From: a virus
Taxonomy: Duplodnaviria > Caudoviricetes
Virus record (IMG/VR): IMGVR_UViG_3300037484_000435
Location: 481,323 to 545,322 of that record
DNA length: 64,000 nt
Strand: one strand, 5' to 3'
In this document: positions 41,740 through 51,969 of the stretch, piece by piece
Numbering within the stretch: position 1 is the first letter of the stretch
Layout of the letters: each line of letters starts with the position of its first letter
Position numbers and translations under genes: made by a program
Notes under the pieces: generated by a model
Told to the model about the DNA's origin: nothing
Seen by the model: the letters and a program-made list of their open reading frames with translations, nothing else
Database searches by the model: none

Positions 41740-42891
41740 TTAGGTAAAATCCCCACGCCTCTTCTTTCTTATTTCCTTCTGGCTATCCAAGAATAATTTT
41801 ACGAACTTATCACTCGCCTTGCGTTTTCGTAAAACATATTTCTCATGAAAACGCAAGGAAACGAGTTCTTTCCATAGGAGGAACTCCACTTGTTTTTTGG
41901 TTCTGAGAGGATATTCTGAAAAAATTGGTATAAGAATGTTATACACGTCCTGTATTTTTGAACAACTCCAGTCCACAAATGGCTTGGCATTTTCTTTTCG
42001 TTTTGTCCTTTCTTCAATTGAGGTGGTTCCAATACCGAGAAAATTCTGTATACCATAGATCATGTTGGCATCGTCAATTCTTGACCCAGCTCTAATTCCA
42101 AGTCTAAAAGACCGACCTCTTGACTTAGAGGGGGCGACATATTGTAGACCGAATGAACCGTCTCCATCGATAAATCCAACAAACCAAGGTTTTGGGAGTA
42201 ATTTACCTCTGTTGGTTATCAAGCCTTGTGGCACATGCTCTGTATCATAATTCTTGGGATGCCGAATCTTTAAAATTTGTTCTGAAAACTGTCTAAAGAG
42301 TTCTTTAGAATTATCAGAGGTGGCTATTCTACTTCTCCCTCCTAGGGTCTCAGTATATCTTAACATGACTGCCTGTTTCCACAACTGAAATTCTCTATAC
42401 TTCTTGCTACAAGGAGGGTAATCAGAAAATAAAGGGACAATTACCTCAGCTAAATCTTTAATATTCTTAACAGTCCATCCAACGGCTCTGTTATTGCCTG
42501 ACTTACCAATTTTCGTAAAAACTCCAACCTTTAAGTATGATTGGATGAACTCAAGTACTTGGATGTCATCTCGTCTTAGTGCGACACTAAATCTCAGCAC
42601 AAGTCTTGGATTAGGACGATTGGGAGTATTATTGATCGAAATACCGAAATAACCTTCAGCATCAGTAAAGCCTGTCAACCAAGAGTTTATTATTGGATCT
42701 TTTGGCATACGCTTTGGTATGTCATTACGTTCGACACGTAGTCTAAATGCTTCATATATGTCTACATGGTAATTGTCACGATTCCTCTTGAAAATATTAG
42801 GAGTGTCTCTTCCAGTTAATTGGGTTATTTCATTATAGGTCAAACCTGATTCAAGCATTTGTTTCTCTTCAGTTTGTAGTTTAATCAACAC
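41740..42891 (-). CDS. Free-standing double-motif LAGLIDADG homing endonuclease
   Basis: WLTGFTDAEGYF and WFVGFIDGDGSF motifs, each followed by F..YP..(S/T)KK..EF.LWK; GTG start with gaggagg RBS. Confidence 0.92.
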   Translation of the reverse strand: MLIKLQTEEKQMLESGLTYNEITQLTGRDTPNIFKRNRDNYHVDIYEAFRLRVERNDIPKRMPKDPIINSWLTGFTDAEGYFGISINNTPNRPNPRLVLRFSVALRRDDIQVLEFIQSYLKVGVFTKIGKSGNNRAVGWTVKNIKDLAEVIVPLFSDYPPCSKKYREFQLWKQAVMLRYTETLGGRSRIATSDNSKELFRQFSEQILKIRHPKNYDTEHVPQGLITNRGKLLPKPWFVGFIDGDGSFGLQYVAPSKSRGRSFRLGIRAGSRIDDANMIYGIQNFLGIGTTSIEERTKRKENAKPFVDWSCSKIQDVYNILIPIFSEYPLRTKKQVEFLLWKELVSLRFHEKYVLRKRKASDKFVKLFLDSQKEIRKKRRGDFT

Positions 42892-42959
42892 CGTGGTAAC
42901 CTCCTCACATGGTTATTTACCCTCTGCACTAAGGTAGTTAATAGAAAGGATTAACATAA

Positions 42960-44675
42960 ATGAAAACTCAAGTATTTTTAGCAATTCTCTTGGTAATGGT
43001 ATCCATGATAGTTTCGGCATTCGCAGGATCAACCCTTCAACCCTTGGATAGCATAGTCAAAACCCCCGTAGGTGATGTTAAGGTAGGGGGACCCATCACT
43101 CTTCCTCTGATTACATGGGGGGCTGAATTTTCGATGATCTACGCTAATGGAAACTCAGTGCTTACTACTCCCGACAGCATTTTTGGGAAGAAGGGCCTGA
43201 AATTTAAGTTAGATCGCATTGATGATTTCCAGAAACAGGTTGATTTGTATATGTCTGGAGGAACGCCCTATCTTAGGGGGACCTTGGGCATGATTAACAC
43301 CGCAATGGATGTTCTGTCCCGAGACCCCCGTACCAAGCCCATTGTCATTTATCAGTTGACTTGGTCTTCTGGGGGTGACTGTCTAGTGGTTAAACAAGGT
43401 ATAAACTCCGTAAAAGACCTCAAAGGTAAAACCATCAGCCTTCAAAGTTTCGGGCCCCATATGATTGATTATGTTGGTACAGTCCTAAAAGATGGTGGGC
43501 TCACCATGAAGGATGTTAAGATTATCTACACCAAGGATATTACGGGCACTGAGGATTCTCCTGGTGAAGTCTTTAGGAAACCTGAGGTATCCGCAGCGTT
43601 CGTTATCTCGTCTGATGCGTCTGTCTTGACATCTAAGGGTACAGTTGGTTCGGGCGCGGACGCTTCTGAGAAGGGTGCTCGTATTTTGATGTCCACTAAA
43701 ACTGGTAACAGGATTATTGCTGACGTCTACGCGGTAAGGTCAGATTACTTTAAGGCTCACCAGAAAGAAGTTCAGAACTTCGTACATGGACTTATGTTAG
43801 CCACACAGGAAGTTCAGAATATATTTAAGAACAAAGCTACTCGCACGGAAGATTATAAGAAGACGGTAACCGCGGCGGCTACCATTCTTTTGGACAGCCC
43901 GCAAGCGGTGGGCGATGCTGATGGCCTCTATGGGGACTGTGAGTTTGTAGGTTTTCCTGGTAACGTAAAATTCTTTACGGACGCTAACTGGCCGAGAAAC
44001 TTTACCAATGTGACTGACGAACTTCAATCAGTGTTGGTAAGTTCAAATATGTTAAAGAAAAAGTATACATTGGAACAAGCCAAATGGAACTATGCGGACC
44101 TAAAGGCCGGTATCACGGGCACTGAGCTGGTAGAGTTGCCGAAGTTTCAAGCCGAGGAAGTTTCCAAAATCGTAGCAAAGAAGCAGTCGATGGGAACCTT
44201 GAATGAAGGTGAACTCTTCTCCTTCGAGATTTTCTTTCAACCAAACCAGAATGAGTTCGGGGCAGACCTTTACGCAGACGCCTTTAACAAAGCGATTGAT
44301 TTGGCCTCTACTTATGGTGGAGCCTTGTTGCTGATTCAGGGGCACAGCGATCCGTTGGGCTATCTTAAGAAGAAACAAGCAGGAGAGTCCGATATCGTTC
44401 TGAAGAAGATAGAGCAGGCTGGTAAGAACCTTAGCTTGACACGTGCGTTGGCTGTACGAAATTCCTTGACCGATTATGCGAAGACAAAAGGGATAACCTT
44501 GGATGCCAGCCAATTCACTGTAAACGGAGCAGGATTCTCCAGTCCGAAAACAGGAATGTGTAAAGGAGACCCATGTCCTCCAAAAACAAAAGACGAGTGG
44601 CTCTCCAATATGCGGGTTGTGTTCAAGATTATACAAATCGAGGCTGAAGAATCGGCCTTCTCACCAATGAAATAA
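42960..44675 (+). CDS. Secreted NMT1/SsuA-like substrate-binding protein fused to an OmpA-like C-terminal domain
   Basis: Signal peptide; WSSGGDCLVVKQGINSVKDLKGKTI; IQGHSD...NLSLTRALAVR. Confidence 0.8.
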   Translation: MKTQVFLAILLVMVSMIVSAFAGSTLQPLDSIVKTPVGDVKVGGPITLPLITWGAEFSMIYANGNSVLTTPDSIFGKKGLKFKLDRIDDFQKQVDLYMSGGTPYLRGTLGMINTAMDVLSRDPRTKPIVIYQLTWSSGGDCLVVKQGINSVKDLKGKTISLQSFGPHMIDYVGTVLKDGGLTMKDVKIIYTKDITGTEDSPGEVFRKPEVSAAFVISSDASVLTSKGTVGSGADASEKGARILMSTKTGNRIIADVYAVRSDYFKAHQKEVQNFVHGLMLATQEVQNIFKNKATRTEDYKKTVTAAATILLDSPQAVGDADGLYGDCEFVGFPGNVKFFTDANWPRNFTNVTDELQSVLVSSNMLKKKYTLEQAKWNYADLKAGITGTELVELPKFQAEEVSKIVAKKQSMGTLNEGELFSFEIFFQPNQNEFGADLYADAFNKAIDLASTYGGALLLIQGHSDPLGYLKKKQAGESDIVLKKIEQAGKNLSLTRALAVRNSLTDYAKTKGITLDASQFTVNGAGFSSPKTGMCKGDPCPPKTKDEWLSNMRVVFKIIQIEAEESAFSPMK

Positions 44676-44684
44676 GGAGACCCT

Positions 44685-45443
44685 ATGTCACCCAAAGCAT
44701 TGATAGTTGCTATTCTGGCAATTTTCGTGATAGGCTGTGAAGCGGGTCCTCCTGTGCAAACAAATACAGCACAAGCTGAACCTGTAGCCAAATCTACAAC
44801 CAAGAAACAAGTGTGGCCCGATGTTTTACAAAATGTGAAGGTTACCTCTATTTCCCCTAAACTTACTACCAAGAACTACGTATTGGTGTTTGATGGTTCT
44901 GGCAGTATGGCAGATTCTTGTGGTCGGATTACAGACCGTAAAATTGCGGTCGCTAAAGAAGCGGCCCGTGCTTGGATAAAGTCTGTACCAGCGGATGCCA
45001 ATGTTGGTCTGGTTTCGTTTCATAGCCAACAAGGACACTGGACTAAACTGTCCCTTTCTAAAGATCGTCAAGCTTTCGTTAACGCTATAAATTCTGTACG
45101 TGCAGGAGGGAACACTCCTCTCGCTACAGCGTTTAAGCAGGCATTTAGCGATCTGACCCTCGAGGGACAGGCACAGCTAGGTTACGGAGAATATGTTATC
45201 GTTACCATTACTGACGGGGAAGCGGATGATATTAAGGCCTTGAGTGAGTGGGTTGAGTATATCCTGAAGACTTCCCCTATACAGATATATACGATAGGCC
45301 TTTGTATAAAGGCTAATCACACCCTCTATCAACCAAAGAAAACAACCTACCGATCCGCTGAGAGCCCAGAAGAATTATCTAAAGGGCTACAGGATGTCTT
45401 GGCGGAATCTGAAGATTTCGTGATGCAAGACTTCAAAAAGTAA
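44685..45443 (+). CDS. vWA-domain lipoprotein
   Basis: Lipobox-like VIGC; MIDAS DGSGSM...GGNTP...ITDGE. Confidence 0.88.
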   Translation: MSPKALIVAILAIFVIGCEAGPPVQTNTAQAEPVAKSTTKKQVWPDVLQNVKVTSISPKLTTKNYVLVFDGSGSMADSCGRITDRKIAVAKEAARAWIKSVPADANVGLVSFHSQQGHWTKLSLSKDRQAFVNAINSVRAGGNTPLATAFKQAFSDLTLEGQAQLGYGEYVIVTITDGEADDIKALSEWVEYILKTSPIQIYTIGLCIKANHTLYQPKKTTYRSAESPEELSKGLQDVLAESEDFVMQDFKK

Positions 45444-45452
45444 AAAGGAGAC

Positions 45453-47012
45453 TTGCCGATGAACAAACGAGTGGTGGGAGCCCTAGTGCTGTTGGTGCTG
45501 GGGCTCATCGTTATAGCAGGGTTATATTATGCTCTTCCTCTACTCCTAGACAAAGAGCAGAGAGAGACAAGCAATGCAAAGGACACACGTGGTAGCATTT
45601 CTTTAGCCTTGGATAACTGGACTGGCTATTTTATCCTAAGGTCACCAGAAATGAAGCAACAACTTCGTCGGCAAGGGTGGTTATTGAAGATAGAAGATGA
45701 TAATTCTGACCTACCCGGACGAATGAAAAAGCTATCTGAAGGTCAGCTAGATTTTGCTGTTGCCACTATAGATTCCTATATCCTGAATGCCATGAAGCTA
45801 AACTATCCTGGAATCATCATAAGTGTAATCGATGAGTCTAAGGGTGGTGACGCTATATTGGCACGTAAAGAAAAAGTGTCTAACCTTGACCAGATAAAGG
45901 CAAACCCAGATTTGAGGGTAGCCTATACTCCTGATAGCCCCAGCCATTTTCTAGCAAAGGCTACATCGTATCACTTCAATATACCAGAACTCCTGCCGAA
46001 AGACAAGTTCAAAATCGAAACGAAGGGCTCAGAAGAAGCCCTAAAGAAACTTTTGGCAGGAAAAACAGATATAGCAATATTGTGGGAACCGGATGTGTCC
46101 AAGGCTCTGCGAAACAAAGAGATTGTGAAGATACTCGGAACTGAAGACACAGAAAGGTTGATTGTTGATGTGTTGTTAGTTAGTAGGAAGTTTTCAAAAG
46201 AAAACCCCTCAACTGTAAAGCAATTTCTGTCAACATACTTCCAAGTATTGAAACTCTATTCTGACGACCTGCCCCTGCTCACAAAACATCTGATGCAAGA
46301 CAGCGGACTGCCCGAGGAGAGTGTTGTACCAATGCTGAAGGGTGTAAGGTGGGTGAATCTCACAGAAAACTGTGAAAGATGGTTTGGTATTTCATCTCCT
46401 GGCATGAAGGGAGACGAGGATATAATATCGACTATCGAGTCTACGGTAGGGGTGCTAAAGGCGGCGGGTGACTTTACTAGCTCACCTTTGCCCAATGGAG
46501 ACCCCTACAGGATAGTCTATTCAAATTACTTGGAAGAGTTGTTCTTGAAAGGAGTTTCTGGGTTTACTGCAAAGAAGGGGGCCGAAACAGAAAATTCTTT
46601 GGAAGCAAAGTTTAGTTTGCTTAACCCCGCGGAATGGGATAAGTTAAAGGAAATAAGGACACTTAAAGTAGACGTAAATTTCCAACACGGCGATAGTCAA
46701 CTGGATCTACTAGCCCGAGAGGCAGTTGACAAATCTGTCGAAATGCTTAAACATTACCCACACTTTCGCGTAATTATCAGGGGACACACAGATACTCGTG
46801 GAGACCCTGAGGAAAATATGAAGATGTCGCAAGAGCGGGCTGACACCGTAGAAAAATATCTGGAGGTTACCTACAGCATCAATCCTAATCGCTTACGAGC
46901 AATTGGGCTAGGAGGAACAAAACCTCTATCTAAAGAACCAGGAGAGACTCTACGTAAATGGTCATACAGGCTCCCCCGCGTGGAACTCGTCTTGGTACGG
47001 GAGGAACTGTAG
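45453..47012 (+). CDS. Membrane-anchored substrate-binding/OmpA fusion protein
   Basis: N-terminal TM; DESKGGDAILA; RGHTDTRGDPEENMKMSQERADTV...GLGGTKPL. Confidence 0.85.
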   Translation: MPMNKRVVGALVLLVLGLIVIAGLYYALPLLLDKEQRETSNAKDTRGSISLALDNWTGYFILRSPEMKQQLRRQGWLLKIEDDNSDLPGRMKKLSEGQLDFAVATIDSYILNAMKLNYPGIIISVIDESKGGDAILARKEKVSNLDQIKANPDLRVAYTPDSPSHFLAKATSYHFNIPELLPKDKFKIETKGSEEALKKLLAGKTDIAILWEPDVSKALRNKEIVKILGTEDTERLIVDVLLVSRKFSKENPSTVKQFLSTYFQVLKLYSDDLPLLTKHLMQDSGLPEESVVPMLKGVRWVNLTENCERWFGISSPGMKGDEDIISTIESTVGVLKAAGDFTSSPLPNGDPYRIVYSNYLEELFLKGVSGFTAKKGAETENSLEAKFSLLNPAEWDKLKEIRTLKVDVNFQHGDSQLDLLAREAVDKSVEMLKHYPHFRVIIRGHTDTRGDPEENMKMSQERADTVEKYLEVTYSINPNRLRAIGLGGTKPLSKEPGETLRKWSYRLPRVELVLVREEL

Positions 47013-47031
47013 CAAAAAGTTAGGACACAAT

Positions 47032-47865
47032 ATGACAAATTTGCCTACACTCCAAGATTTTTCCAAAGGATCAATAAGTAAAGCAGTAGTTAAAGAGGCC
47101 CTTACACACCCAATAACACTTTACCCGAGTGTTATGGCGGTACTGTGTGGTGTGGCTGGGGTGCTCTTTACATCTCCAGCGTGGTTGCTCGTCGCTGGTG
47201 GATGTTTACTAGCGAGTACTGGTGGTGCTGTGGTGAACTACTGCTTTAGATTTGACTCTTTTGGAAAACAATATTTGAACAACTTATCTCAGAGCATGCT
47301 TCAACAAAAAGACAACCTAATCAATTCCCTAAAATCTGAACTCCTTAGCTGTGAATCCATAGACTCAGACCGGAGCGGTCAAGGTCTTTCTCAATTCTCT
47401 ACCGCAAAAGAAAAGTACGCTGATGTAAAAGAGGAACTTGGGAAGAAGCTAAACAGCGGGGAATTGATGTATGGAAGATTTATGGGATCGGTCGAACAAG
47501 TATACCTTGGTATTCTGGATAACCTTCGTGAAGTAGTCGGAATTCTGCATGGGTTACCAGATGCGGAAGGAAATGAGCAAAACCTTAGAAAAGCCTTTGA
47601 CAAAACCAATGATGAGAATGAGAGACGCCAAATAGGTGCTATTCTCAAAAGGTCTGATCTACGACGGAACCAACTAAAGAAAGCGGACGCCCTTTTGGCC
47701 CGAAATGAAGAAGCTATAACCGAATTGGAATCAACAATGATTACGGTTTCTGAAATGAAGACGGAAGAACGTCTGTCAGAAGTTGATCACGAAGAATCTA
47801 TAAAACAGCTGAAAGAAATCGCACAGAGAGTTTCATCTTTGTACGAAGACAAAGACAACCTTTAA
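47032..47865 (+). CDS. Two-TM coiled-coil protein preceding telA (XpaC-like position)
   Basis: Hydrophobic hairpin near the N-terminus, helical remainder; position upstream of TelA. Confidence 0.55.
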   Translation: MTNLPTLQDFSKGSISKAVVKEALTHPITLYPSVMAVLCGVAGVLFTSPAWLLVAGGCLLASTGGAVVNYCFRFDSFGKQYLNNLSQSMLQQKDNLINSLKSELLSCESIDSDRSGQGLSQFSTAKEKYADVKEELGKKLNSGELMYGRFMGSVEQVYLGILDNLREVVGILHGLPDAEGNEQNLRKAFDKTNDENERRQIGAILKRSDLRRNQLKKADALLARNEEAITELESTMITVSEMKTEERLSEVDHEESIKQLKEIAQRVSSLYEDKDNL

Positions 47866-47888
47866 CTTATAAGAAAGAAGGAAAAGAC

Positions 47889-49085
47889 ATGGAAATAATG
47901 ACACAGACTGCACCGCAGGTGGATCTTCTTATCCCTAACCCAAATGCCATAAAAGAGGAACTTCAAACTGTAGCCACCCCAATAGATCCCGCACTCGCTA
48001 CTAAAGCAGAAGATTTTGTGAAGATAGTATTGTCATATGACCCAAATGACCCATCAAAAACAAATCTGCGCGGACAGACTACTTCGTCAGTGGATGGTTT
48101 TGGTTCACGTCTTCAGGAAGAGTCAGCCAAGAAAGGTGCTATGCTAGCACAACCAATCAAGGCTTTGGCATCAAGGGGAGCTGATGGTGGTCCGGTCGCT
48201 ACTGCTTTGGTTGATTTGAGCGTAAAGCTGGACGAGCTGGACCCAGGAAAGTTTGATTTCAGTCCCGGATGGTTTGGTAATCTTGTCGGTAGATTGCCTT
48301 TTATTGGCACACCCGTTCAAAAGTATTTCACTATGTATGAGTCAGCACAGACCATTATTGCGCACATAATGCAATCTTTGAAAGATGGTAAAGAAATGTT
48401 GAAGCGCGACAATGCGGCTCTGATGCAAGACCAAGCGGACATGCGTAACCTTACGATTAAGCTGGCTGAGTCAGTTAAGTTGGGAATACTGATTGACCAA
48501 AAGATTTCTGACTCGTTGAATACCGACGCGCTGTTGGACGAAGATAAGCGTCGTTATATGGAGGAGGAGCTTCTTTTTCCGTTGCGACAGAGGATACAAG
48601 ACCTACAGCAACAACTAGTCGTGAATCAACAAGGTGTTATCGCGACTGAGGTCGTTATTCGTAACAACAAAGAGCTGGTCAAAGGTGTTGATCGAGCCGT
48701 AAACGTTACCGTTAATGCTCTTAGCGTGGCTGTAACAGTTTCTTTGGCCCTAGCAAACCAGAAGATTGTTTTGGACAAGATTGATGAGGTCAATAAGGTC
48801 ACGAATAATCTGATTGCTTACACTGCACGAGAACTGAAGACAGTCGGAACAGAGATACACAAACGAGCATCTAGCGGGGCCCTCGATATGGATACCCTGA
48901 AAAATGCCTTTACTGATGTGCGTGATGCGATGGATCAGATATCTACGTATCGTCGTGATGCTCTGCCGGTTATGGCTCAGGCCATTGTAGAGATGGATCG
49001 ACTGACCACAGAAGCAGAGAAGGCCGTTCAGAAGATGGAGAAGGGTAACCAAAGTGGGGACCTATTGTCTTTGGATATAGCATAG
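47889..49085 (+). CDS. telA: Toxic anion resistance protein TelA family
   Basis: LDELDP...GRLPFIGTPVQKYFTMYESAQ..I..I...L...K..L.RDN; RIQDLQQQ..V..Q.......IRNNKELV.GV.RA.N.TV.AL. Confidence 0.85.
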   Translation: MEIMTQTAPQVDLLIPNPNAIKEELQTVATPIDPALATKAEDFVKIVLSYDPNDPSKTNLRGQTTSSVDGFGSRLQEESAKKGAMLAQPIKALASRGADGGPVATALVDLSVKLDELDPGKFDFSPGWFGNLVGRLPFIGTPVQKYFTMYESAQTIIAHIMQSLKDGKEMLKRDNAALMQDQADMRNLTIKLAESVKLGILIDQKISDSLNTDALLDEDKRRYMEEELLFPLRQRIQDLQQQLVVNQQGVIATEVVIRNNKELVKGVDRAVNVTVNALSVAVTVSLALANQKIVLDKIDEVNKVTNNLIAYTARELKTVGTEIHKRASSGALDMDTLKNAFTDVRDAMDQISTYRRDALPVMAQAIVEMDRLTTEAEKAVQKMEKGNQSGDLLSLDIA

Positions 49086-49115
49086 TTAGTACTTCTCGAC
49101 AGAAAGGAATTTAGT

Positions 49116-50165
49116 ATGAAAGCAATGATAAAAGTATTCGTGGTGTGCCTTGTTGTTATGAGCATGTTCGCCAGTATTACCTATGCTGGCCAAACCTTTA
49201 AGATAGCCAACTCTCACTATACTGGTTGGGAACCGTGGTGGTTGGCACAGGAGAAAGGCATCCTGAAAAAGTGGGCCGATAAATACAACATCACGATTGA
49301 GTTGAGTGCTCCCATGGATTATATAGAGTCCATTAACCTGTATACTGCTGGGTCATACCACGGTGTAGCCATTACCAACATGGATGTGCTTACTATTCCT
49401 TCATCAGGAGGAATAAAGTCTGAGGCAATCATCATTGGAGATTTTTCCAATGGGAATGATGGTATTGTTTCAAGAAAAGCTAAAACAGTAAAGGAGTTGT
49501 TGGGAGCAGACATTAAGTTGGTCCAGCTGACAGTCTCACATTATCTGTTGGCACGTGCCTTGGATATAAATAAGATGAGCGAGAGAAACGTCACACTGAC
49601 CAATACCTCAGACTCAGATATCGCCGCCCTTTTTGCGTCAGACTCAAAAGGCACAGTAGTAACGTGGAACCCACCGCTCTTGCTATGTAAAAGCATAAGA
49701 GGTGCCACTTTACTGTTTGACTCCAGTCAGATACCGGGGGAAATAGTTGATATGCTCTGTGTGCGGTCAGATAGCCCTCCCGAACTCAAGGCTGCTCTAG
49801 TAGGGGCTTGGTACGAGACGCTTTCATTGATAAATAGCAAGAGTAAAGAGAGTAAAGATTCCGTGGCATTCATGGCGAAGTTTGCTGGTGGAACTGAAGC
49901 TGAATTTAGAGCACAGTTAAAAACTACTAGGATGTTCTACGATCCGAAGGAAGCTTCAGAGTTCACAAGTAGTTCCGACTTGAAAAAGACCATGGAGTAC
50001 GTAAGACAATTCTGTTTCACCCATAACTTGTTTGGAAACGCAGCCAAATCTGTGGATTACATTGGGATCCAGTTTCCTGACAAGTCTGTTATTGGTGATC
50101 CAAAAAATATTCGTCTGTTTTTCAATGATGAATATATGAGAAAGGCCGCGGAAGGTAAACTGTAA
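49116..50165 (+). CDS. ABC substrate-binding protein (NitT/TauT, urea-carboxylase-associated type)
   Basis: Signal peptide; YTGWEPW, DYIESINLYTAG, GDFSNGNDGIV, SVSH-like TVSHYLLARAL, TWNPPL. Confidence 0.8.
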   Translation: MKAMIKVFVVCLVVMSMFASITYAGQTFKIANSHYTGWEPWWLAQEKGILKKWADKYNITIELSAPMDYIESINLYTAGSYHGVAITNMDVLTIPSSGGIKSEAIIIGDFSNGNDGIVSRKAKTVKELLGADIKLVQLTVSHYLLARALDINKMSERNVTLTNTSDSDIAALFASDSKGTVVTWNPPLLLCKSIRGATLLFDSSQIPGEIVDMLCVRSDSPPELKAALVGAWYETLSLINSKSKESKDSVAFMAKFAGGTEAEFRAQLKTTRMFYDPKEASEFTSSSDLKKTMEYVRQFCFTHNLFGNAAKSVDYIGIQFPDKSVIGDPKNIRLFFNDEYMRKAAEGKL

Positions 50166-50190
50166 TCTGGGCTAATAGAATATTAAATAA

Positions 50191-50249
50191 CTAGGTAGAG
50201 TTATTAGAGAACTTGTCTAATTGAGAGCTCTTTTATAACTCTAACCTAG
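50191..50249 (+). promoter_or_regulatory. Long hairpin abutting the RBS of the HNH gene
   Basis: ctaggt-agagttat...ataactct-a-acctag. Confidence 0.5.
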
Positions 50250-50258
50250 GAAAGGAAA

Positions 50259-51122
50259 ATGGATGAAATAAAAACGAAGAAATGTGTTGGGTGCAACAAA
50301 ATAAAACCTATAGATGCTTTCGGCAAACACATGGCTACTAAAGATGGATTACGCCATAGATGTAGAAGTTGTAGACGTCTGGAGTCGAAAGATTACAGAG
50401 AAAACAATTTAGACAAAATTAAAGAGAGTAAAAGTAGGCGGTATCGGGCTAATTTAGCTAAAATGAAGGAAAGCAAAAAGGAGGAATATCAGAGAAACAT
50501 TGAAACATACAAACAGTATAACCTGAAGAACAAGGAAAGGATAAAAAATAGGAACAAACTATCTATTGCTAAATTTAGCAAGAAAGTAGCTTTATTTCTA
50601 GGAGGCAAATGTGAAATCTGTGGGTTAGAAACTGTCTACTGGGAAGTATACGATTGTCATCATAGACATCCTGAGGAAAAGAAATATAAAATCTCGGATT
50701 TACATGACAAAGATTGGGAGAGTATTACTATTCCAGAACTTAGAAAGTGCTCTTTGCTTTGCCGTAATTGCCACAACTTCCTTAGATGGCGAGATAATCG
50801 ATCCAAATCTGACAGAACACCCCAACAAGTATATCATCAAAATCATTTTGATAAGTATAAGGATAAATGTGTGAGCTACTTAGGCCAGAAATGTCAAATA
50901 TGTGGTCTAAAAACAGATGCTCGCGCAAAGTATGATTTCCATCATGTTGGCCCAATTATAAAAGTTTACAATATCGGGTGTATTATATTCAAGGATTGGG
51001 ACACAATTCTTAAACCAGAACTTGATAAGTGTGCCCTCTTATGCGGAAATTGCCATCGATCATTCCATTTTGGTCGATTCAATGATATAACTCTAATCGC
51101 AGGTCCAATAAAACAAACATAA
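50259..51122 (+). CDS. Double-HNH endonuclease, paralogue of 16910-17929
   Basis: FSKKVALFLGGKCEICGLET...YDCHH...IPELRKCSLLCRNCH; second unit; C-terminal LIAGPIK shared. Confidence 0.87.
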   Translation: MDEIKTKKCVGCNKIKPIDAFGKHMATKDGLRHRCRSCRRLESKDYRENNLDKIKESKSRRYRANLAKMKESKKEEYQRNIETYKQYNLKNKERIKNRNKLSIAKFSKKVALFLGGKCEICGLETVYWEVYDCHHRHPEEKKYKISDLHDKDWESITIPELRKCSLLCRNCHNFLRWRDNRSKSDRTPQQVYHQNHFDKYKDKCVSYLGQKCQICGLKTDARAKYDFHHVGPIIKVYNIGCIIFKDWDTILKPELDKCALLCGNCHRSFHFGRFNDITLIAGPIKQT

Positions 51123-51135
51123 AGAAAGGAATAAG

Positions 51136-51969
51136 ATGCAGTCTTATCCCAAGTTATTTGGTTTGCATGCCAAGCCCGAGGGTTTGTTTAGGGTAGTGGT
51201 AGGACTAGCACCGGTTCTGGTGCTGGTCCTTCTTTATTTAACAACATCACACATACGTCTACAAGAAAACCCAGACGATAAATTAACACCCTCATTTTCT
51301 AAAATAGTCGAGGCTGTTAAACAAGTAACCATAGTGCCAGATGCTAGGACAGGCCAGTATACATTACTAAATGATACACTTTCTAGCCTTAGAAGAATTC
51401 TTATTGGTCTAGGTGCCGCCGCAATTGTGGGGCTATTCCTTGGAATTAACATGGGTTTATTTCCAGGATTTAGTGCGATAACCGAACCAATAATCAAGTT
51501 CTTCTCGATTGTTCCCCCGCTTTCTATTCTTCCTGTTCTGTTCATTTTGTTTGGGGTGGGGGAGTTCGGAAAGATTGCTTTGATTTTCATTGGTTCAACC
51601 TTCATCATAACCAGAGACATCTATAGAGCAACAAAAGAAGTGCCCAGCGAACAGGTGGTTAAAGCGTTAACGTTGGGAGCCACTCAATTTCAAGTAGTCT
51701 ATATGGTTATACTGCCTCAAATTCTTCCTAAGCTACTCTCGACGTTGAGAATATGTCTGGGAGGAGCGTGGCTCTTCTTAATCGCGGCTGAAGCAATAGC
51801 GTCCACGGACGGACTAGGTTATAGGATATTCCTAGTGAGACGTTACCTGTCGATGGATATCATCATACCTTACGTGTTGTGGATTACGTTCCTAGGATTC
51901 ATCATGGATACTCTGCTGCGGTGGAGTATTAAGAAATTCTTTCCGTGGTACTTAACGGAAGAGGAATAA
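51136..51969 (+). CDS. ABC transporter permease (NitT/TauT family)
   Basis: Multiple TMs; EQVVKALTLGATQFQV EAA-like loop; WLFLIAAEAIASTDGLGYRI. Confidence 0.9.
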   Translation: MQSYPKLFGLHAKPEGLFRVVVGLAPVLVLVLLYLTTSHIRLQENPDDKLTPSFSKIVEAVKQVTIVPDARTGQYTLLNDTLSSLRRILIGLGAAAIVGLFLGINMGLFPGFSAITEPIIKFFSIVPPLSILPVLFILFGVGEFGKIALIFIGSTFIITRDIYRATKEVPSEQVVKALTLGATQFQVVYMVILPQILPKLLSTLRICLGGAWLFLIAAEAIASTDGLGYRIFLVRRYLSMDIIIPYVLWITFLGFIMDTLLRWSIKKFFPWYLTEEE

